Assembly (NCBI GenBank): GCA_963752285.1
Contig: CAVVXN010000001.1
Location: 832,001 to 896,000, forward strand
DNA: 64,000 bases
Direction of reading: 5' to 3'
From: an uncultured Planctomycetota bacterium
GTDB taxonomy: Bacteria > Planctomycetota > PLA2 > JAEUHO01
Shown: positions 57,224-64,000 of the stretch, piece by piece
Numbering within the stretch: position 1 is the first letter of the stretch
How the letters are laid out: each line of letters opens with the position of its first letter
Translations under genes and position numbers: made by a program
The notes under the pieces: generated by a model
Told to the model about the DNA's origin: nothing
Seen by the model: the letters and a program-made list of their open reading frames with translations, nothing else
Database searches by the model: none

Positions 57224-58192
57224 TCACCGGGCCAGGCGGAGGGACGCCGTTACCGGGTAGTGGTCGGAGAGGCAAACGTCGTGGTCCACCTCGTACGACT
57301 CGGGCTCGAAGTGGTGGGTGAAGAGCACGTAGTCGAGCGTGCGGTTCGGCGCGCCCGTGGGGTACGTGTGAAAGCGCGCGCGGTCCTCGTGCGGGATCGT
57401 GCCGAGCCCCGCGCGCTTCAGGATCCGCAGGGTCTGGTCGCCGCGGTACGACTTCACGTCGCGGTCGCCGTCAGGGAAGTCGCCGTCCTTGCAGCCCGGA
57501 GGCACCGTGTTCAGGTCGCCGAGCAGGAGGACGGGCGCGTCACCGAGGTCGCGGACCGCCTTCGCGATCGCGCGGGCCTGGACCATGCGCGCGCGCGGGT
57601 TGTACGCGTGGAGGTGGGTGTTTCCCACCCAGACGACACGGCCGTCGAAACGGAACGGGGCGAGGGTCAGGCCGCAGGCCGCGAGACCGAACACGCGGCG
57701 CGGAAGGAGGTGCCGGACCCTCTCCCCGTTCGCCGGGGGCAGGTGGGAGAGCAGGAGGTTCTCGTACCGGAAGCCCGCGAAGCCGACGCCGTGGGCCACG
57801 GCCGCGGAGAACCCGCTGAACACCCGGTAGTAGGCATGTTGCCCGAAGCGCGCGAAGAGACGCTCTCCGAAGCCCAGGATGCCGTTGAACACCTCCTGGA
57901 GAGCGACCACCTCGAACGAGTCGCGCTCGCGGTTCAGCCACTCGGCGATGTAGTACGCGTAGGCGCGCGCGGCGTGGAGGAGCTGGATCCTCGTCGCCTC
58001 GTCCGTTGCGGCCGACCGGAGGAGGTAGGGGACCATGGGGCCCCGGCCCCGGTGGGTGTTCAAGGTCGCGACCCGGAGCACCGCGCGGTCGGTGCGCCGA
58101 GGCCGCCGGCGACCCGCGTCGAGGACGGCGTCCACCCGGCGGCGCAGGTCCTCGTCGATCGGCGCGTCGGGCGTCGTCGCGGTCCGGGACAT
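57224..58192 (-). CDS. Endonuclease/exonuclease/phosphatase (EEP) family protein
   Basis: ATLN, VALQEV, NTHL, LLGDLN, LDY and SDHYP. GAGGTG RBS. Confidence 0.9.
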   Translation of the reverse strand: MSRTATTPDAPIDEDLRRRVDAVLDAGRRRPRRTDRAVLRVATLNTHRGRGPMVPYLLRSAATDEATRIQLLHAARAYAYYIAEWLNRERDSFEVVALQEVFNGILGFGERLFARFGQHAYYRVFSGFSAAVAHGVGFAGFRYENLLLSHLPPANGERVRHLLPRRVFGLAACGLTLAPFRFDGRVVWVGNTHLHAYNPRARMVQARAIAKAVRDLGDAPVLLLGDLNTVPPGCKDGDFPDGDRDVKSYRGDQTLRILKRAGLGTIPHEDRARFHTYPTGAPNRTLDYVLFTHHFEPESYEVDHDVCLSDHYPVTASLRLAR

Positions 58193-58466
58193 CTTCACCT
58201 CGCGCTCGCGGGACGGAGCCCTCGGGGCACCGGAAACTGCCTTCGGCTCGCGTCTCCTGTACCCGGGACATCGGCCGGCCTCGTCAATCGCGAGCGAGCA
58301 GGACGTCAAATGTCCGTGAAGCAGGGCCCGGAACACCGCTCGGTAAACGAGGCGTAGGGGGCTCGTGAATTTGCCGCGCGGATCCGGGACGCGGCGGACT
58401 TCCCTCGACCCGACCCCGGCGAGAACGGAGCATCGGGCGCCGCCCCTGGGCCCGAGGAGGAGCTTC

Positions 58467-60215
58467 ATGGATCGATCCCGTCTCGGTCGGGTCGTGCTCT
58501 CGCTCGCGCTCGCGGCGGCACCCGTGTCCCTCGCCGCTGCCGAACCGATCCCCGGAGGTCCAGACGTCGTCGAACCGGCGCCCGCCGACGCGGGCCCGCC
58601 CCGTCTCGTCGTGGTCCTCTCGATCGACCAGCTCCGCGGCGACTACCTGCCCCGATTCCTCCCGCACCTCGGCGCCGGGGGCTTCCGGCGGGTCCTTCGC
58701 GAGGGCTTCTCCTACCGCGACTGCCGCTACGCGTCGGCGAACACCGAGACGGGGCCCGGCCACGCCTCCCTCCTGACCGGCGCGTACGCGCGGGGCAGCG
58801 GGATCGTCCAGAACGACTGGTTCGACGCGAAGGAAGGACGGGAGGTGTACTGCGTCGCGGACGACGCGGTGAAGGCCCTGACCCCGGCGGGGGCGCGCGC
58901 GGGGGGCGGCCGGTCTCCGCGCCGGCTCCTCGCCGCCACGGTCGGGGACGCCCTCGAGGTCGCCACGAACGGGGCGTCGAAGACGCTCAGTGTCTCGCTG
59001 AAGGACCGCGCGGCGATTCTGATGGGGGGGCACGCGGCGGACCTTGCGCTGTGGTTCGACCCGGCCAGCGGCGACTTCGTCAGCAGCACGTGGTACGGCG
59101 ACCGCCTCCCGGGATGGGTCGTGCGGCTGGACGGCCCGGACGGCGACGCGCCCCGGCTTGTCGATCGCTGGTTCCGGACCGCGTGGACGCCCTCGCTCCC
59201 CGACGCCGCATACGCGCGGTGCTGTACCTCCGACGACTACCGCGGCGAGTCCGCGGGGCCCTTCGAGACGAACGCGTTCCCGCACGTCCTCGGCGGGAAC
59301 AGCGAGGGCGACGGGCCCGACCGGCGCTACTACGAGTGCCTCTTCGCCTCGCCCTTCGGGAACGACCTGCTCGTGGACCTCGTCGCGCGGGCGCTCCCCG
59401 ACATGGGACTCGGGAAGGACGACGTTCCGGACCTCCTGACGATCGGCTTCTCCGCGAACGACCCGATCGGCCACGCCTTCGGCCCCGACTCGTGGGAGGT
59501 GATGGACGCGACGATCAAGACCGACGCGACCCTCGCCCGGCTCCTCGACCTCCTCGATCACGAGGTGGGGGCGGGGCGGTGGACGATCTTCGTGACGGCC
59601 GACCACGGGGTCGCGGACCTGCCCGAGGTGCGCGAGGACCACCACCTCCCGTCGGGGCGCGTGTCCCCGAAGGCGCTCACCGCGGGGCTCGAACGGCACC
59701 TGGCAAAGCGGTTCGGGCCCGCGCTCGGGAAGGGTCGGTACGTCGCGAGCCTCGACCGGCCGTGGGTGACGCTCGCGCCCGACGCGATCCCCTTCGACGA
59801 CCCCGGCCTTCGCGCGCGGCTCGCCGACGCCGCCGCGCGGTGGCTGGCGGACCAGCCCGGCGTCCTTTGGGCGATCCCGACGCGGGCCCTCGATCGCGCG
59901 TCGGCCTCCGCCCCGGACGCGCCTCTCCTCCGCGCGCTCCGGCTCTGCGTTTACCCGGGTCGCTCGGGCGACGTCGCCCTCGTGCTCGAGCCGGGCTACC
60001 TCCTGGCCGAGGGCCGGGTCGGGACGACGCACGGGACGCCGCACCGTTACGACCAGATGGTCCCGCTCCTCGCCATGGGCCGGGGGATCCGGCACGGCAC
60101 GAGCGCGCGCCCGGTCGAGCCGCCGCAGATCGCGCCCACCGTGGCGGCGCTCCTCGGCCTGGTCCCCCCCGACCTCTCCGAGGTCTTGCCCCTCGACGAG
60201 GCTCTCGGGCCCTGA
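58467..60215 (+). CDS. Alkaline phosphatase, PafA/PhoK-like
   Basis: Signal peptide. SIDQLRGDYL, TETGPGHA (Thr nucleophile), KDRAAI, D.IGH, TADHG and THG. Confidence 0.9.
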   Translation: MDRSRLGRVVLSLALAAAPVSLAAAEPIPGGPDVVEPAPADAGPPRLVVVLSIDQLRGDYLPRFLPHLGAGGFRRVLREGFSYRDCRYASANTETGPGHASLLTGAYARGSGIVQNDWFDAKEGREVYCVADDAVKALTPAGARAGGGRSPRRLLAATVGDALEVATNGASKTLSVSLKDRAAILMGGHAADLALWFDPASGDFVSSTWYGDRLPGWVVRLDGPDGDAPRLVDRWFRTAWTPSLPDAAYARCCTSDDYRGESAGPFETNAFPHVLGGNSEGDGPDRRYYECLFASPFGNDLLVDLVARALPDMGLGKDDVPDLLTIGFSANDPIGHAFGPDSWEVMDATIKTDATLARLLDLLDHEVGAGRWTIFVTADHGVADLPEVREDHHLPSGRVSPKALTAGLERHLAKRFGPALGKGRYVASLDRPWVTLAPDAIPFDDPGLRARLADAAARWLADQPGVLWAIPTRALDRASASAPDAPLLRALRLCVYPGRSGDVALVLEPGYLLAEGRVGTTHGTPHRYDQMVPLLAMGRGIRHGTSARPVEPPQIAPTVAALLGLVPPDLSEVLPLDEALGP

Positions 60216-60432
60216 GGACCGGGTCGAAGGCCGCCCGCCCGGGCCTCCGGAAGCGGCGCGCCGAAGCCGCGGCGCCCCGGGTCGCGGTTCCGGTCCCGGC
60301 GGCCCGGCGGGCGCCGGGGCGGGCGGGTGGCTCGGGACGAGGCCTTCGACTGCCTCCGCCGGCCCCGCTCTTGCAGCGGACATCCCATGCTCTACAACCG
60401 TCCCCTGAGCGCTTCGCGAACCGGGAGGTGAC

Positions 60433-61536
60433 ATGGCGAGCATGAACGACCTTTCCGACCTCGGCCAGTCGGTGTGGCTCGACTACATCCGTCGGGACAT
60501 GGTGCGGAGCGGCGAGCTGGAAGGGATGATCGCGAACGGTCTCCGCGGCCTCACGAGCAACCCCTCGATCTTCCAGAAGGCGATCTCGACCGGCGAGGAG
60601 TACGACGAGGACCTCCACGCGTTCCTCCAGGCGCATCCCGACTGCGACGTCCAGGCTCTCTTCGAGTCGGTCGCGCTCGAGGACATCCGCGAGGCGTGCG
60701 ACCGGTTCCTGCCCGTCCACGACGGCACGGGTGGCCGCGACGGGTTCGTGAGCCTCGAGGTCTCGCCCCACCTCGCCGACGACACGGAGCGGACGCTGAC
60801 CGAGGCGCGGCGCCTCTGGGCCGCCGTCGCGCGCCCGAACCTGATGATCAAGGTGCCGTCCACGCCCGCCGGGATCCCGGCCATCCAGCAGCTCCTCTCG
60901 GAGGGCGTGAACGTGAACATCACGCTGATGTTCTCGCTCGCGCACTACGAGGCGGTCGCGAACGCGTTCCTCGCCGGGATCCGCGCGTGTCGGCACCCGG
61001 AACGGCTGGCCTCGGTCGCGTCGTTCTTCGTGAGCCGCGTGGACACGAAGGTGGACAAACGGCTCGACGCGATGGGGACGGCCGAGGCCCGGGCGCTTCG
61101 TGGCCGGGCCGCGGTGGCGAACGCGAAGCTCGCGTACGCCAGGTACCGCGAGGTGTTCCACGGCGAGGCCTTCCGGGAGCTCGAGGAGAACGGCGTCCAG
61201 CCGCAGCGCGTCCTGTTCGGGAGCACCAGCACGAAGGACCCCGCGTACTCCGACGTGAAGTACGTGGAGGAGCTGATCGGGCCCGAGACCGTCAACACGC
61301 TCCCGCTCGAGACGATCGAGGCTTTCGAGGACCACGGCGAGGCCCGCGAGTCCCTGACGGAGGACCTCGGCGACGCCCGTCGGGTGAGGGACGAGCTGGC
61401 CGGGCTCGGGATCGACCTGCTGCAGGTCGGGGAGGAGCTGCAGCGCGAGGGGGTGAAGAAGTTCGCCGACGCGTACGACGACCTGATGAAGACCCTCGAG
61501 GGCCGTCGGAGCGAGCTCACGGCGCGCTCGGGGTAG
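60433..61536 (+). CDS. tal: Transaldolase
   Basis: GQSVWLD, GLTSNPSIF, VSLEVSP, NLMIKVP, VNITLMFS, SFFVSRVD and STSTKDP. Confidence 0.95.
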   Translation: MASMNDLSDLGQSVWLDYIRRDMVRSGELEGMIANGLRGLTSNPSIFQKAISTGEEYDEDLHAFLQAHPDCDVQALFESVALEDIREACDRFLPVHDGTGGRDGFVSLEVSPHLADDTERTLTEARRLWAAVARPNLMIKVPSTPAGIPAIQQLLSEGVNVNITLMFSLAHYEAVANAFLAGIRACRHPERLASVASFFVSRVDTKVDKRLDAMGTAEARALRGRAAVANAKLAYARYREVFHGEAFRELEENGVQPQRVLFGSTSTKDPAYSDVKYVEELIGPETVNTLPLETIEAFEDHGEARESLTEDLGDARRVRDELAGLGIDLLQVGEELQREGVKKFADAYDDLMKTLEGRRSELTARSG

Positions 61537-61644
61537 GGTTCGGATGGCTCCGTCGAAGAAGCTCCGGGCGTACGGGAAGAAGCGCGACTTCCGGGGCACG
61601 CCGGAGCCTCGCGGCGGCGGGACGCGGGGCGGGGGGGCCGGACG

Positions 61645-62562
61645 GTGACCCGCGTGCGCGTCGGTCGCCGCTCGCTCGACCTCTCGCACGATGACAAGCT
61701 GCTCTTCGGGGCGGGAGGACCGACGAAGGGCGAGCTGGTCGAGTACTACCACCGCGTCGCCGAGGTGATGCTCCCGCACCTCGCGGACCGTCCCCTCGCG
61801 CTCCAGCGCTTCCCGGACGGGATCGAGGAGGACGGGTTCTTCCAGAAGGCGGTGCCCGACTCCTTCCCCGAGTGGGTGGACCGCGCCCGTGTGGACACCG
61901 CGAAGGGCGCCCAGACGCTCGTCGTCTGCAGCGACGTGGCGACGCTCGTGTTCCTCGCCGACCAGGCGGCGATCACGCTGCACGGATGGCTCTCGCGCCG
62001 CGACAAGCTCCGTCACCCCGACCGACTCGTGTTCGACCTGGACCCGCCGAGCGACGACTTCGAGTCCGTGCGCGCGGCCGCGCGCTACGTCCACGAGCTG
62101 TTGGACGAGCTGGGGCTCGTCGCGTACGTCCAGACCACGGGCTCGCGCGGCCTCCACGTCGTCGTACCGCTCGACCGGAGCGCGACCTACGACGACGCCC
62201 GGGACTTCGCCCGCGACGTGGCCGACCTCCTCGTCGGGCGCCACCCGCAGGAGCTCACCACCGAGCAGAGGAAGGCGAAGCGCCGCTCGCGCCTCTACCT
62301 CGACGTGATGCGAAACGCGTACGGGCAGACGGCCGTCGCGCCGTACAGCGTGCGTCCGAAGTCCGGCGCGCCGGTCGCGACGCCACTCGAGTGGGACGAG
62401 CTCGGCTCGAGGGACCTCGGACCGCGCGCGTACACGATCCAGAACCTCTTCCGGCGGCTCGCGCAGCGAGGCGACCCCTGGAAGGGCTTCGGCCGGCGTG
62501 CGCACGCGCTCCGCGAGCCCCGCGCCCGCCTCGACCGCCTCCGCGCGGAACGCGACCGCTGA
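61645..62562 (+). CDS. ligD: Stand-alone LigD-type primase-polymerase domain (PolDom)
   Basis: RFPDGI..FFQK, PDRLVFDLDP, TTGSRGLHV, YLD..N..GQT..APYS.R and VATPLEWDE. No ligase or PE domain. Confidence 0.9.
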   Translation: MTRVRVGRRSLDLSHDDKLLFGAGGPTKGELVEYYHRVAEVMLPHLADRPLALQRFPDGIEEDGFFQKAVPDSFPEWVDRARVDTAKGAQTLVVCSDVATLVFLADQAAITLHGWLSRRDKLRHPDRLVFDLDPPSDDFESVRAAARYVHELLDELGLVAYVQTTGSRGLHVVVPLDRSATYDDARDFARDVADLLVGRHPQELTTEQRKAKRRSRLYLDVMRNAYGQTAVAPYSVRPKSGAPVATPLEWDELGSRDLGPRAYTIQNLFRRLAQRGDPWKGFGRRAHALREPRARLDRLRAERDR

Positions 62563-62599
62563 GGTCGGACCCCCGAGGTCTCCCGCCGCCCCGCGCGCT

Positions 62600-64000
62600 T
62601 CAGCGGCCGGCCTTCGCAGGCGCGGACGCCGCCTCCGAGCGGAGCGCCGCGAGCGACGGATCGGGCCCGAGCGACGCCAGGATCGAGTCGAGACGCGCGA
62701 GGTCCACACGCGACGCCTCCGCGTCGCCTTCGGCGGCGTGCACCAGGGCCAGGAACCCGTAGTCGATCGCCAGCAGGTCCGGTCGCTCGCTCCCGTGCAC
62801 GGCGACCGCCTCGGTCAGAGCCTTCTCGGCGCGCTCGACCTCTCCCGTTCGGTACCACGAGGCCCCCACGAGGGTCAGCGCCTCCTCGTCCTGGAGGTCG
62901 CGGTGCCGCGCCGCGCGGAGCCGACCCTCCGACAAGGCCCGCGCGACCTGTTCTGCGTCGGGACGGGCCTGTGGGAGGAGCACCGTTCGAAGGACGCGAC
63001 GCCCGATCTCCTCCGGTTCGCCGCGGAGGGCGTGAAGCCGCCGGAGCGCCGCCTCCCGGACCGCCGGGTCCGTCGCCTCGCGCGTCACGCGAACGATCGC
63101 CTCGTCCACGTCGTCCGACCCGGCGAGCGCGCTCGCGACGAGCGCGCCGACGCCCTCTCTCGCCTCGGCCTCGGCGGGCGACGGCTCGACGTCGTCCTGG
63201 GGGGCGACCGTGCGCCAGAGCCGTACGGTCGCGTCGCCGCCGCACGACACCAGCGTCGCGCCGTCCGGCGTGAACGCGACGCCGTCCACCCAGGACGCGT
63301 GCCCCCGCAGCACGGCGACCTCGCGCCCGGTGGTGGTGTCCCACAGCCGCACGCTCCCGTCGCGGCCGCCGGTCGCGATCCGGTCTCCGTCCGGGCTGAA
63401 CGCGACGCACGTGAGCGCGTCCGTGTGGGCCCCGAGATCGGGGTCGGGCTGGCCGAACGTCGCCAGCGCGCGGCCCGACCGCGGATCCCAGAGACGAATC
63501 GTCTGGTCGAGCCCCACGCTCGCGAGACGCCGTCCGTCCCGCGAGAACGCGAGCGCCATGCACACGTCGTCGTGGCGGCCGAGGAGACGCGCGGCGCCGC
63601 CGGTCTCTGCGGGGGCCACGTGGACGCCGCCCGCGTCGTCGCCCCACGCCACGAGGCCGGCCGCGCGACTCCACGTGACGCCGCGCGCGGGGTCCGCGCC
63701 CCGCGGCGCGAGGTCCGCGACGCGCTCGCCGGTCCGCGCGTCCCACGCCGTGACGGCGCCGTCGAGACCCGACGACACGAGGAGGCGGTCCTCGTCGGCG
63801 TAGGTCACGCCGCTCACGAGGTCCTCGTGCGCGCGGAGGCGCAGGCGGACCGTCCCCGTCCCGACGTCCCACACGCAGACGTCGCCGCTCGACTCGCCGG
63901 CCACGACCTCGTCGCCGCGCGCGTTGGTCGCGAGGGACAGGACGTCGCCGTGCGACCCGATCCAGGTTCGGACGGTCCCGCCGGTGGCGGCGTCCCACAG
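62600..64000 (-). CDS. WD40-repeat protein with C-terminal TPR-like helices (partial; continues beyond window)
   Basis: Frame is open to base 64000 (LWDAATGG..). Repeats GH..V..VAFSPDG..IATGGRDGSVRLWD. Confidence 0.9.
   Translation of the reverse strand: MWDAATGGTVRTWIGSHGDVLSLATNARGDEVVAGESSGDVCVWDVGTGTVRLRLRAHEDLVSGVTYADEDRLLVSSGLDGAVTAWDARTGERVADLAPRGADPARGVTWSRAAGLVAWGDDAGGVHVAPAETGGAARLLGRHDDVCMALAFSRDGRRLASVGLDQTIRLWDPRSGRALATFGQPDPDLGAHTDALTCVAFSPDGDRIATGGRDGSVRLWDTTTGREVAVLRGHASWVDGVAFTPDGATLVSCGGDATVRLWRTVAPQDDVEPSPAEAEAREGVGALVASALAGSDDVDEAIVRVTREATDPAVREAALRRLHALRGEPEEIGRRVLRTVLLPQARPDAEQVARALSEGRLRAARHRDLQDEEALTLVGASWYRTGEVERAEKALTEAVAVHGSERPDLLAIDYGFLALVHAAEGDAEASRVDLARLDSILASLGPDPSLAALRSEAASAPAKAGR

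Noticed and set aside
1..64000. tRNA, rRNA, riboswitch or prophage genes
   Set aside because: None recognised by eye. A covariance-model search (Infernal/Rfam, tRNAscan-SE) is needed to exclude them formally.

Overview
Very GC-rich bacterial DNA. The TIGR02999-type ECF sigma factor plus Ser/Thr kinase pair, the several carboxypeptidase-regulatory-like and HEAT/WD40 exported proteins, and the transposase type point to an uncultured Planctomycetota lineage (inference). About 50 real genes are present. Most of the long Arg/Gly/Pro/Ala-rich ORFs in the six-frame track are shadow frames. The window opens in a less GC-rich segment holding the 3' end of an RHS toxin gene, bounded by a transposase remnant. 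The rest is mixed housekeeping and accessory content: tam, RidA, M20 peptidase, TauE, a heme-c adenylate cyclase, ECF/kinase and two c-type cytochromes, TetR-EmrAB, a HAL2-like phosphatase, tupABC, a heavy-metal RND efflux operon, a CPA2-USP antiporter, a PafA-like phosphatase, tal and a stand-alone LigD polymerase domain. The most unusual locus is a single ORF (23520-26168) fusing a DUF222-like N-terminus, a Zn-binding HNH nuclease and a complete RuvB-like AAA+ motor. It has no ruvA/ruvC nearby and is flanked by a hairpin-rich leader and an ~800-bp non-coding tract with three copies of a palindromic repeat. A second notable gene fuses a gingipain/C25-like cysteine protease to a LanC-like domain with intact Zn ligands. 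Two genes carry single-base +1 frameshifts, probably sequence errors. No rRNA, tRNA or CRISPR array was recognised. All family calls come from motif reading by eye, not database searches.
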